From positions 600,001 through 632,000 of the forward strand of contig NZ_CP013011.1 in NCBI RefSeq assembly GCF_001412615.1: a DNA stretch of 32,000 nt, written 5' to 3'. The notes beneath the pieces were generated by a model. The model worked only from the letters and a program-made list of their open reading frames with translations, was not told the origin of the DNA and did not search any database. Both the position numbers and the translations under genes were made by a program. Positions 16,672-25,572 of this stretch are shown here, in pieces. Source of the stretch: Pyrodictium delaneyi. Its GTDB lineage: Archaea; Thermoproteota; Thermoprotei_A; Sulfolobales; Pyrodictiaceae. Position 1 is the first letter of the stretch. Each line of letters begins with the position of its first letter.

Positions 16672-17721
16672 TTGAGGGAGAGAAGACGTATACAGCTTAC
16701 AGGTGGTGGATCCTACATAGTAACTCTGCCCAAGGAGTGGGTGCAGCTCCATAACCTTGGTAAGGGCTCGGAAGTGTCAATAATTCTTGAACCTGATGGT
16801 TCGCTTCGTATAGAGCCTGTAAGTAGTGCGAGGGAACAACGAAGATCAATAATTGCTAAGATAAAGGCTGAGCCTCAGTGGGACTTCTGGCGTATAGCTA
16901 GAAGAGTTATATCCTACTATATCGCGGGTGCCGATATAATAGAGGTCATCTTTAGCTCGACGTCTAGTTCCCAGATTGCAAGGCAGCTTAGGGAGTTTAT
17001 AGCCAGCAGACTCATAGGTGTTGAGGTGGTTGAAGAATCGTCGTCATCGATAGTCTTCCAGGTTATAGCTGATATGGCAAGTCTTCCCCTCGAGGTGTCG
17101 ATAAAGAGGCTAATTAAGGCTGTTGGATTTATGCTTGAAGATGTAATAGATGGGCTCCGACGCGGGGCCCGCGATATACTAGCTGAAGTTGATGAAAGAG
17201 ATGACGTAGTAGATAAATTCTACATGTTTATATCTAGACAACTTGTAAGTGTTTTGGCGGGTTATAAGTCACCAAGCGAGATAGGATTGGATAACCTGGC
17301 AGATGCTAGTCTCATAATGACTGCTGCTAAGCACCTAGAAAGAGCAGGTGATCACGCAACTAACATAGCTTCGGCGGCAATTGAACTCCTGGATATGGGC
17401 GTGGGATTCAATGTAGAATGTCTAATGGGAATACCGGAGCATTTGAGGGAGATCCTCGACCACTATAGGCTTGCTACATCAACCTTTTTAAATCCTAATC
17501 CACCACGTGCAGATGAGGGTATAGAGGAGGGTATTAAGCTCAAAAAGAAGAACGATGATATACTAAAATCTATCACATGTGAACGTGACCCAGCATCGAT
17601 GCTGCTCATTCGTAGAGTCATGGAGAGTAGTAGAAGAATAATAGATTACAATATAGATTTGTTAGAATTAGCCTTAAATCGTTCCACGTTGCATGAGTTG
17701 CTGAAGGAGAATCCCGGGTAG
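16672..17721 (+). CDS. AbrB/SpoVT-domain plus tandem PhoU-domain regulator (archaeal phosphate-uptake-regulator-like)
   Basis: N-terminal swapped-hairpin motif (IQLTGGGSYIVTLPKEWVQLHNLGKGSEVSIILEPDGSLRIEP). Two helical PhoU repeats follow, including the ERAGDHATNIA signature. The start is TTG. Confidence 0.85.
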   Translation: MRERRRIQLTGGGSYIVTLPKEWVQLHNLGKGSEVSIILEPDGSLRIEPVSSAREQRRSIIAKIKAEPQWDFWRIARRVISYYIAGADIIEVIFSSTSSSQIARQLREFIASRLIGVEVVEESSSSIVFQVIADMASLPLEVSIKRLIKAVGFMLEDVIDGLRRGARDILAEVDERDDVVDKFYMFISRQLVSVLAGYKSPSEIGLDNLADASLIMTAAKHLERAGDHATNIASAAIELLDMGVGFNVECLMGIPEHLREILDHYRLATSTFLNPNPPRADEGIEEGIKLKKKNDDILKSITCERDPASMLLIRRVMESSRRIIDYNIDLLELALNRSTLHELLKENPG

Positions 17722-17819
17722 CGTAGGACATGTAGGTTTATAGCCTAGCTAAGCCGGCTTAGCAACCCGGCGTACATGCTGGTATTGAACGTTTTTGGGT
17801 TGGAGGTGTAGTAGTGGAG

Positions 17820-18104
17820 ATGGCTCAGCGCCAGCGTGTCAAGCCGGTTAGCCCTCTACGAGTGTTGAGGGAAGCTGTTGGTAGAGTAATATTTGTCAAG
17901 CTCAAGGACGGGAGTGAGTACATAGGGAAGCTTGATGCAACTGATTCAACGATGAACCTAGTGCTAGACGAGTGTGTTGAGCTAAAACCGGGCACCATGG
18001 AGCCTAAGGTGAAGTATGGTAGAGTGTTGATACGCGGTAGTCATGTAGTCTACGTAAGTGTAGACTTTGAGATAGTGGCTGGTGGCTCGCTGCCTATAGG
18101 TTGA
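17820..18104 (+). CDS. Sm-like archaeal protein (SmAP/LSm)
   Basis: Sm1 motif is [28 protein letters not shown] and Sm2 is [19 protein letters not shown] lies at 17802-17808. The ORF also opens at GTG 17814. Confidence 0.85.
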   Translation: MAQRQRVKPVSPLRVLREAVGRVIFVKLKDGSEYIGKLDATDSTMNLVLDECVELKPGTMEPKVKYGRVLIRGSHVVYVSVDFEIVAGGSLPIG

Positions 18105-18169
18105 AGCGGATAAACGGAGCTTACACCTTTAAGGGCCTAGTAACACCGGCTGCCGATGTGGTGAGACAA

Positions 18170-19399
18170 GTGGCGCGGAACATTGTGGTCGAGAGTATTA
18201 GATGGCAGCCGATAGAAGAACATGGTGTAGAACTTGTAGAGAGAAAGGGACTTGGCCACCCTGACACGATAGCGGATGCCGCGGCAGAAGAGGCAAGCCG
18301 TATACTCTCCCAGTTCTACCTAGAGCGTTACGGTACGGTACTTCATCATAACCTCGACAAGGTGTTAGTTGTTGGTGGCCAGGCAGCGCCAAAGTTCGGT
18401 GGTGGCGAAGTACTACAGCCTATTTACATCATAGTCTCCGGTAGGGCTACTACTGAGGTCAGACTCGAAGACGGTAGTGTAGAGAAGGTACCGATAGGCC
18501 CAATAATAATGAAGGCTGTTAAGGGCTGGATAAAGGAACACTTCCGTTTCCTCGACCCAGAGAATCACGTCATAGTAGACTACAAGATAGGCCACGGCAG
18601 CACAGACCTCGTGGGCATCTTCGATCTGGGTAAAGGTCAAGTGCCACTAGCTAACGACACTAGCGTCGGCGTCGGCTTCGCCCCGTTCTCGCATCTTGAG
18701 CAGCTTGTATACGAGACAGAGAAGCTGCTAAACAGTAAAGAGTTCAAGCAGAAGACCCCCGAAGTAGGAGAAGACATCAAGGTAATGGGTCTACGTAAGG
18801 GCAAGAAGATAGAACTAACAATAGCAGCAGCAATTATTTCCAGTCTGGTATCTGACATGGACCACTACCTATCCGTAAAGGATGCCATACGCGAAGCTGT
18901 GCTAGACCTAGCTAGCAGGATAGCACCAGATTACGACGTAGAAGTATACGTAAACACGGCAGACAAGCCAGACAAGGGCATAGTATACTTGACCGTCACT
19001 GGTACTAGCGCAGAACACGGCGATGACGGTATGACTGGCCGCGGTAACAGGAGCTACGGGCTTATAACACCGCTTCGCCCGATGAGCCTAGAGGCTGCTG
19101 CCGGTAAGAACCCGATAAACCATGTAGGCAAGATCTACAACGTTATGGCCATGAACATCGCTAGGAGAGTCTATGAGAATGTAAAGGGTCTAAAGGAGGT
19201 CTACGTGGAGCTACTGAGCCAGATAGGCAGGCCACTCAACGACCCGCTGGTAGCCAACGTCAAGGTGCTCACGGAGAAGCCTGGAGAGCCGCTGCCAAGC
19301 GACGCGGTGCGCGAGATAGAAGCTATAGTAGAGGAGGAACTCGACAACTACCACAAGATAACAAAGCTATTCATTGAAGGCAAGATCAGCGTCTTCTAG
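18170..19399 (+). CDS. metK: Archaeal-type S-adenosylmethionine synthetase (methionine adenosyltransferase)
   Basis: Colinear with the archaeal MAT family as I recall it (e.g. M. jannaschii MRNIIVKK...[10 protein letters not shown]): (M)ARNIVVES...[51 protein letters not shown] and [13 protein letters not shown]. The ORF opens at TTG 18101, overlapping the Sm stop. GTG 18170 gives the family-typical N-terminus. Confidence 0.92.
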   Translation: MARNIVVESIRWQPIEEHGVELVERKGLGHPDTIADAAAEEASRILSQFYLERYGTVLHHNLDKVLVVGGQAAPKFGGGEVLQPIYIIVSGRATTEVRLEDGSVEKVPIGPIIMKAVKGWIKEHFRFLDPENHVIVDYKIGHGSTDLVGIFDLGKGQVPLANDTSVGVGFAPFSHLEQLVYETEKLLNSKEFKQKTPEVGEDIKVMGLRKGKKIELTIAAAIISSLVSDMDHYLSVKDAIREAVLDLASRIAPDYDVEVYVNTADKPDKGIVYLTVTGTSAEHGDDGMTGRGNRSYGLITPLRPMSLEAAAGKNPINHVGKIYNVMAMNIARRVYENVKGLKEVYVELLSQIGRPLNDPLVANVKVLTEKPGEPLPSDAVREIEAIVEEELDNYHKITKLFIEGKISVF

Positions 19400-21430
19400 C
19401 AACAGCTTCATCCTCTTAGCCCGGTATTCCTCGAACATCTTCTTTACATCCTCTAGGCCTAGCCTTCGTTTCTCGGCTCTCCTCCTGGCAGCCTCTATCT
19501 CGCTTAGCCGGTAGTACGCGTCCGCTATGACTTTCTCGTCTAGCAGGACTAGTCCATTCAGCGTCTTTATCTCGTAGTCCTCGAGAGGGAGGACGGGCAC
19601 ACTATAAGCCTCTATAACACCGCGTCTATCCAGAAGCTCTCTTGGCACGAGTACGGCCAGTAGAAGTTTCGAGACAATAGCCCCGTGTCTGTTCCACTGT
19701 ACCGGGTTCACTGTATCCATAACGGCTATTATGCGTCCATGGTTTTCCACGAGTTTTGCTAGCATATTCATGGATTCGTTGTCTAGCTCGTGTAGTCTCG
19801 GGGCTGGAAGTGCTCTCCCGGATGCCACGAGGAACAAGGCGTCTTGTAGCTCCGATAACTCGGCGTAGAGCGTCTTGGCCTCGTTACGCAGCTTCTCTAT
19901 CTCAGAGCGGAGGAGTTTGACCTCGTTAGTGAGCTTGTTTATCTCCCTATCCTTCTCGAGGCTCTCGCGGTACTCTATCTGCAACAGTCTATACTCGGCT
20001 TCAAGACGTTTGAGCTGCTCGTCTACTTCCCGAAGTCTTCTACGCAATGCTATGTTCTCGGCGCGCAGCCTCTCTATCTCCATGCGTAAGCGGCTAACCT
20101 GGTCCTCGTTCTCGGCTTGTTGTGGCTCTGGCGTGCTCTCTACCTGGCTCCGGCGCACACTCTTTACGAGGTAGCTGCGTAGCCCTACATCGTTCAGTGC
20201 GGCGTGTATTGCCCGTTCGACGGCCTCGGCTATGGTTGCACCTTTTATCACGTCGGCTTTTACAGCGTCCACGTCTATGTCCAGGCCTAGTCTAGCCGTG
20301 TAGGACTCTATCTGTCTCATCTTAGACTCGTGTATATGTAGAGCCTTAACGGCAGCGGCTAGTGCGTCCCGTACATGGGCATCTGTTACTCTGCGTAGCT
20401 CGGGGTAGCGCCGGGTATACTCCTCCACTATAGAGCGCTTCTCCTCGACGCTCAAGGAGGCTGGCGGCTCATATACGGGTACACCCATGGCGGCTGCGAG
20501 TTTGCGAACGAACTCGGGGGCTGGCCGTACATCAGTGGCTATGAGCACGGGTATTCCGTGACGGGTTATCAGCTCTATGACCTCGCTGCGGTCTACGCCT
20601 CGTCTGCTGAGGGCGAAGATGGGCCGGCCGTTCAAGTCGACAGCGGCTACGCCCGTAGATATGCCGGGGTCTATGCCTACGATGATGTAAGGTTTTGTCT
20701 GGCTCAGTTGGTCAGAGGCCTCTGTCTCGAAGACTATACGGCTACTGTATACGGGCTGTATCTCTATGCGTACGTCGGAGTCCTCATGTGGCTTAATTAT
20801 CCCGTTTAGGCGGCTTCTCGGCGCATATACTATGAAGACCGCGCTATCTAGACCTCCGCCACTCTTGCGGAACATAAGGTCGTAGTCTAGCCTGTGCCGG
20901 TCAAGTATACGCTTTACATCCTTTACAGCCCGGAGGACAGCTGATCTCACTCTACGTTGGTAACGCGGGCTACTCATCCCGCCGTGCTTTAGCCTGCGCG
21001 ACTTAGCTATCACAATCCTGGTCTTCTCTTCGACGAACCGGATCCGAGACCCGTAGCCCATAGACGCGAGGAGTGCGGCCAGGTAGGCTGTGCGTGCTGG
21101 TGAAAGCTTTCCCGAGCCGGTGTCAAGGCCGGCGAGCTTTGCCAGTCTACGTAGATCGACGAGGGAGCCGTCGGGTAAGCGGGTGGGTTGAACTATATTT
21201 AGGTCTGGAGGAAGCATTGATGTAATCTTTACTAGCTCCCTCTCGCTCGAGGCGAGCTCGTATATGTTGTCAATAGCCAGGATATCCGGCCTATACTCCC
21301 ATATAAGCCTGATAAGTCGATACAATGGTACAGACTCATACTTGGCTACAAGCTTCCCATCATCAACTACCGCTACAGAATAACACCTAGCCCCACTGCT
21401 GCAGCCGGGCTCGATATCTACACCGATCAC
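19367..21430 (-). CDS. Conserved archaeal COG2433/DUF460-type protein: two RNase-H-fold (RuvC/YqgF-like) modules plus a long coiled coil
   Basis: Module 1 is MIGVDIEPG...[10 protein letters not shown] and module 2 is [23 protein letters not shown]...VLIATDV. Heptad-rich residues run from about 430 to 540 ([42 protein letters not shown]...). The start is GTG. Confidence 0.75.
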   Translation of the reverse strand: MIGVDIEPGCSSGARCYSVAVVDDGKLVAKYESVPLYRLIRLIWEYRPDILAIDNIYELASSERELVKITSMLPPDLNIVQPTRLPDGSLVDLRRLAKLAGLDTGSGKLSPARTAYLAALLASMGYGSRIRFVEEKTRIVIAKSRRLKHGGMSSPRYQRRVRSAVLRAVKDVKRILDRHRLDYDLMFRKSGGGLDSAVFIVYAPRSRLNGIIKPHEDSDVRIEIQPVYSSRIVFETEASDQLSQTKPYIIVGIDPGISTGVAAVDLNGRPIFALSRRGVDRSEVIELITRHGIPVLIATDVRPAPEFVRKLAAAMGVPVYEPPASLSVEEKRSIVEEYTRRYPELRRVTDAHVRDALAAAVKALHIHESKMRQIESYTARLGLDIDVDAVKADVIKGATIAEAVERAIHAALNDVGLRSYLVKSVRRSQVESTPEPQQAENEDQVSRLRMEIERLRAENIALRRRLREVDEQLKRLEAEYRLLQIEYRESLEKDREINKLTNEVKLLRSEIEKLRNEAKTLYAELSELQDALFLVASGRALPAPRLHELDNESMNMLAKLVENHGRIIAVMDTVNPVQWNRHGAIVSKLLLAVLVPRELLDRRGVIEAYSVPVLPLEDYEIKTLNGLVLLDEKVIADAYYRLSEIEAARRRAEKRRLGLEDVKKMFEEYRAKRMKLLLEDADLAFNE

Positions 21431-21597
21431 ACGCAGAGATGACCACCCCTAGGCAGCATGCGGCCGTAAAGCCCGGCGAAACCTCGACTACTAGTTGAGA
21501 GCATTAGCGAAGCCACCAGTCCCCGGGTAGATACTACTACATGATCCGCTGCGGCACCCTCTAATAGCCACTGTTGCTGCATCGACTATACACCTGG

Positions 21598-21667
21598 GCC
21601 CCGCCGGTCTCACACCCGCCGAGACCCGGCAGCGGGGCTATGAAGCGGGGCGGTCAGGCGGGGCACA
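21598..21667 (+). ncRNA. Candidate structured small RNA (H/ACA-like hairpin followed by ACA); strand and ends tentative
   Basis: A GC-rich island with a perfect 8-bp closing stem, gccccgcc (21598-21605) with ggcggggc (21657-21664), followed immediately by ACA (21665-21667). TATA-like ctaatag at 21561-21567 sits about 30 nt upstream. No ORF of 60 aa or more is present. Confidence 0.25.
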
Positions 21668-21719
21668 ACGCAATGAACAACAAAATTACCTTATTATCAC
21701 TCCTCTCTCGTCTCTCCAA

Positions 21720-21820
21720 GCCTGGGGCGGGATGAGCGCGCCCCCTCGCGCGCCCCTTGCCCGCCGAGGCTACGGGGGCGCGCCGGTGACGTGTACCGGG
21801 CCGGACGCGACCGCTACAAT
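21720..21820 (+). ncRNA. Second candidate structured small RNA (GC-rich multi-hairpin, ACA near the 3' end); tentative
   Basis: TATA-like ttattat at 21691-21697 lies about 27 nt upstream. Stems are ggcggg/cccgcc (21726-31/21760-65), gcgcg/cgcgc (21736-40/21747-51) and ccggt/accgg (21783-87/21795-99). ACA is at 21816-21818, followed by an A/T-rich tract. Confidence 0.2.
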
Positions 21821-21891
21821 TCAATCTATTTAATAATAACTATTGTGTCGTATCTAGTAGCTTCTAGCTGTTCTTGGCCCTATGCGTATAG

Positions 21892-22410
21892 ATGCCTAGT
21901 CCAGAGACTAGGCCTGCGAGCCCTGAGAGTGTGGCGTGGCTAACAATAATTTGGCAGCCTACATCCTGCTACAAGGTACCGGTGCGAGAAGCCATGCCCG
22001 TTGAACGTGGACCGTGTGGTGAAAAAGTCGGAAAAGCACTGGATGTAGAACCCCAAGAAGCGATGCTAAAGAGTGGAAAGAAGGTAGAGGGTGTGTACAT
22101 ACGCTGGCTCATATCGGGAAAGGATGGCGCACCGACCTTTGCTATGAGGCTCTTCACGGCCGAACCAGACGCTCATATACCTAGCCACCGGCACCCCTGG
22201 GAGCACGAAATATACGTGCTTAGGGGTTCTATGCGGGTGAAGATAGGCGGAAAAGACTATGAAGTCTCTGCTGGTAGCTTCATATACATACCACCAAACA
22301 TAGATCACGAGTATTTCATTGGAAAAGATGGTGTCGAGTTCCTCTGCATAATTCCGCTAAAACCCAGTGTAGACGAGAGTTATGATCCCTGTGGCAGAAA
22401 TGCTGAGTAA
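21892..22410 (+). CDS. Small cupin-domain protein
   Basis: Both cupin motifs are present: PSHRHPWEHEIYVLRG and GSFIYIPPNIDHEY. The N-terminal 34 aa look non-native, so ATG 21994 (138 aa) is a plausible true start. TATA-like tatttaataa lies at about 21827-21836. Confidence 0.75.
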   Translation: MPSPETRPASPESVAWLTIIWQPTSCYKVPVREAMPVERGPCGEKVGKALDVEPQEAMLKSGKKVEGVYIRWLISGKDGAPTFAMRLFTAEPDAHIPSHRHPWEHEIYVLRGSMRVKIGGKDYEVSAGSFIYIPPNIDHEYFIGKDGVEFLCIIPLKPSVDESYDPCGRNAE

Positions 22411-22458
22411 GAAACTTGAAGCCCTGGGTGTGGCCGACTCCGAGGGTGAGCCAGGGCC

Positions 22459-23142
22459 GTGCCCCGTGTGCCAGTAAAGCTCGTCACTTGGGAGGAAGTT
22501 GTTGAATGGAGCCGTGGCCTTGCCCGCCGTATAAAGGAGTCAGGCTATAAGCCAACCGTAGTGATAGCTGTTGCGCGTGGTGGCTACGTAGCTGCTAGGC
22601 TCCTCTGCGACTTCCTCGGAGTAGAGAACCTACTGAGCATACAGAGCCAGCACTGGACAGAAGCAGCCAAAGCCTCCGAGAAGGCTATACTAAAATTCCC
22701 CTACAAGGTGGACCTTCAAGGGCACCGAGCCCTCCTCGTAGACGATATCGTTGATACTGGCGAGACTCTGAAGCTCGCTCGCGACTACATTGCTAAGGAG
22801 TGGAGGCCCGATGAGCTGAGGATAGCAACGCTGCAGTGGATAAGCCCGGTGGCTAAGCTGAAGCCCGACTACTACTACATAGAGGTGAAGGAGTGGGTCT
22901 GGTTCCAGTACCCGTGGACAAGGCTAGAGGATGTCACACAGTTCATACGTAGGATGCTCACCGAGCACAGCAAGGAGACTGGCAAGAAGGAGTGGAGCTA
23001 CGATGAAATAAAGAGCCTCTTCAAGGAGTGGTACGGTATAGAAGTAGAGGAGTTCTACTACCAGGACGCCCTAGAAGTGCTGGTTGAGACCGGATTCCTA
23101 GAGAAGAGTGGTGACAAGTATAGGCTTCGCGGCCAAGCCTAG
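22459..23142 (+). CDS. Type I phosphoribosyltransferase (purine/xanthine-guanine PRT-like, COG2236-type) with a C-terminal extension
   Basis: PRPP-binding motif ALLVDDIVDTGETL, and an N-terminus VVIAVARGGYVAARLL typical of small archaeal PRTs. The start is GTG, preceded by GAGGGTGA. Confidence 0.85.
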   Translation: MPRVPVKLVTWEEVVEWSRGLARRIKESGYKPTVVIAVARGGYVAARLLCDFLGVENLLSIQSQHWTEAAKASEKAILKFPYKVDLQGHRALLVDDIVDTGETLKLARDYIAKEWRPDELRIATLQWISPVAKLKPDYYYIEVKEWVWFQYPWTRLEDVTQFIRRMLTEHSKETGKKEWSYDEIKSLFKEWYGIEVEEFYYQDALEVLVETGFLEKSGDKYRLRGQA

Positions 23143-23396
23143 ATAGTGATGCCGGGGTGGTGATGTAACCAGCTATCGCGGAGCCCCTCCGGGGCCGGTG
23201 AAGAATTTGGCCTTTGCTGAACCCGAACTCAATCCTACAGGTTTATGCTCTTCATACATGTGGCACGTTCTCCAACTAAGACACTAAGACTATGAGTAGA
23301 TCCCAGCCTCTATGACAGCATCCTAAATGGTTATAGTTTATCGGGCAGAATTTTGACTAGGCGTTTTGCTATAGACTCAGTGTGATGTGATGCATT

Positions 23397-24515
23397 ATGG
23401 GCGCGGAGTATGCCGGGCACAAGAAGACAGAGGGAGTGGTTGTCTCGGGGCTAGCTGCGGGCGCGAAGGAAGTGTCGAGAATAAGGCGTTATGAGACAAA
23501 TGACATAGCTAGGAGGATCACAGTCATATCGCCTGAGGATATACGGTTAACAAACTATCCCTTGAGGCACCCGGTTACAGCGTTTAACCCTTCGCTCTAC
23601 GTCGAGGGAGATGAAGTAAGGCTCTTCATACGTGTAACGGTTGGTTACTATCGCTATGCCTCGGCTATAGCGTTTGCGAGACTTAAGCTGGACACTCTCC
23701 TATCAGGTAAAGAGCCCGTAGTGCTGGGCGAGGTTGAGGCTAGCCTTGTAGTGTATCCATCAACATCTTATGATATATGGGGTGTTGAGGACCCGCGTGT
23801 ATATAGTATGGGTGATAAGCTGTATATGACATATACTGGGCGTACTATATCATACTTTGACATCAACTCTGTCGGGCGTACAGCACCAATAACGGCTGTG
23901 TCAGGGGACGGGGGCTTCACATGGAAGAAGAGCTACATACACCTACTCCCTCATGGAGCAAACAGTGCGGTAATAAGTGACAAGAATGCATTCATGTACG
24001 ATGTGGACGGAGAAAGGTTGTTCTTCCACAGGCTCCACACCGTTAGCGACCAATTCTTTACAGTTGTTAGCCGTGTAGAAGAATCTAGTCGGGTCAACGA
24101 GGAAGGGCTCAGAGAGCTAGTCTCAAAGGACACTGTAGTAGCAATAGAGCGTGCAAGTTTCGAGTCTAAGAACGGATGGGCTGCTCCACCAATAAGGCTC
24201 GGCAAGGACTATATTGTCCTATTACATGGTGTAGACAAACATACGAGTGTATACCGTGTATTCGCCATGCTCATGGAGTATAGTCGAAGCGACGGCATAG
24301 TAGTCAAGGCTGTCACGCCGAGGTATATAATGGAGCCTCGTGAGCTATACGAGGTATATGGTGATAGACCATATGTTGTATTCCCATGCGGTGTTGCGCG
24401 CGTGGATAGCACAACACTCCTGCTAAGCTATGGCGCGGCAGACCAGTTCGTAGGTATAGCTGCAATAGATCTCAACGAGTTGCTCTCCGAGCTTGACCGC
24501 GGTCGGATATACTAG
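23397..24515 (+). CDS. GH130/DUF377-family predicted glycosylase (beta-mannoside-phosphorylase-like five-bladed propeller)
   Basis: Family-typical WGVEDPRVY...MTYTG, AFNPSL and VVFPCG...LLLSYGAAD motifs. Confidence 0.7.
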   Translation: MGAEYAGHKKTEGVVVSGLAAGAKEVSRIRRYETNDIARRITVISPEDIRLTNYPLRHPVTAFNPSLYVEGDEVRLFIRVTVGYYRYASAIAFARLKLDTLLSGKEPVVLGEVEASLVVYPSTSYDIWGVEDPRVYSMGDKLYMTYTGRTISYFDINSVGRTAPITAVSGDGGFTWKKSYIHLLPHGANSAVISDKNAFMYDVDGERLFFHRLHTVSDQFFTVVSRVEESSRVNEEGLRELVSKDTVVAIERASFESKNGWAAPPIRLGKDYIVLLHGVDKHTSVYRVFAMLMEYSRSDGIVVKAVTPRYIMEPRELYEVYGDRPYVVFPCGVARVDSTTLLLSYGAADQFVGIAAIDLNELLSELDRGRIY

Positions 24516-25572
24516 CTGGAGGCTCCTCAACATCGAGTCCTGCCATCCTCGCAGCTTTTACAAAGTCTTTTGGCGTCAGTGGTAGCCACTTTGCAAGCTC
24601 CTCGTAGAGGCTCCATGGCACCTTCTTCTTCCTGCCACGGCTCCATCTAGCTAATTCCACATATGCGCGGAGCTTGGCATCTCGTGGGCTCATAACCCTC
24701 CTTATAGCCTCCTCTACATTGCCGCAGGTCTCGTATCGCGCCATAAGCACTATCTCGGCCACCATGTTTAGTCTAGACGGTACGCCGTGGACGCTCCCAC
24801 GGAGTGTTAGTCGGCGCGGCTCGGCTAGCCCCTTTAGTACTAGCTTCCTGGTCTCCCCGGGGCGTGGGAGCCTATCTACAATGCCACCTATTATGAATGC
24901 ATCAGCTTCTAGGACGTCGCGCGGCTCTAGGTCATGCTCAGCGTTCGGATCAAGAAGGATAATTCTGTCTGCACCACGGATATGCGCAGCTTCATCAGAG
25001 GCTAGCGTGGAGACATCCACCAAGCCTCGGCCTAGGAACGCACGCAGCCATTCATAAGCTCCTGGCGGGGCTCCGGCAAGGAGGAGGTGCCGGTCCCAGA
25101 GATACCTTCTAACAATGCCGAGTGTCGCGCCTATCTGACGCCGAAGGCTTCGGTATTCGCTCATAGCTATGTGCGTGTGTAGTAGGCTAAGATCTATGAC
25201 TATAAGGGGTCGCGGCTCTGGTAGCCTCTCTAGCAGCTCGTGGCGCCAGTCAGCTTCCGGACTATAGACAGCGTCGGCCCTTATCTCGCCTCTGCCAGCT
25301 ATGTAGCGGAAGACTCTATCACGGTACTCCTCGCAGAACTTCACGAGGCCGTTCCACTTGGATGCCTCGACGAATCCTCCGCCCCAGGTTAGTATGCGTA
25401 CGAGGAGCTCCTGGAACGGGTTACGGCGCACCCTACCAGCGTCGAGATGCACAAGGCTGCCGACAGAGTACCAACTGCGCTCTTGCAGCATCTCGAGTAG
25501 CTTGTAACGAGGTAGCTCCTGGTAGCACCTTTCTTCGCAGCAATGCTGGTCAGCTACCGTGAGGCACTTCAT
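24472..25572 (-). CDS. SPOUT-superfamily methyltransferase, archaeal Trm10-like (tRNA m1A9/m1G9) candidate
   Basis: RIILLDPNAEHDLEPRDVLEADAFIIGGIVDRLP resembles the SPOUT/Trm10 SAM-binding knot region. The N-terminal domain is Cys-rich. This assignment comes from motif memory only. Confidence 0.5.
   Translation of the reverse strand: MKCLTVADQHCCEERCYQELPRYKLLEMLQERSWYSVGSLVHLDAGRVRRNPFQELLVRILTWGGGFVEASKWNGLVKFCEEYRDRVFRYIAGRGEIRADAVYSPEADWRHELLERLPEPRPLIVIDLSLLHTHIAMSEYRSLRRQIGATLGIVRRYLWDRHLLLAGAPPGAYEWLRAFLGRGLVDVSTLASDEAAHIRGADRIILLDPNAEHDLEPRDVLEADAFIIGGIVDRLPRPGETRKLVLKGLAEPRRLTLRGSVHGVPSRLNMVAEIVLMARYETCGNVEEAIRRVMSPRDAKLRAYVELARWSRGRKKKVPWSLYEELAKWLPLTPKDFVKAARMAGLDVEEPPASISDRGQARRATR

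Noticed and set aside
21590-21830. Replication origin (GC-rich elements flanking an A/T-richer spacer)
   Set aside because: I could recognise no ORB or mini-ORB-like repeats. The flanks are not inverted copies of each other, the spacer is short and not strongly A/T-rich, and no orc1/cdc6 gene is adjacent.
23146-23220. Possible C/D box sRNA (GTGATGC, GTGATGT ... CTGA) after the PRT gene
   Set aside because: The box spacing is wrong: the distance from the C-like boxes to the CTGA is about 51-70 nt rather than about 12 nt guides. There is no D'/C' arrangement and no terminal stem.
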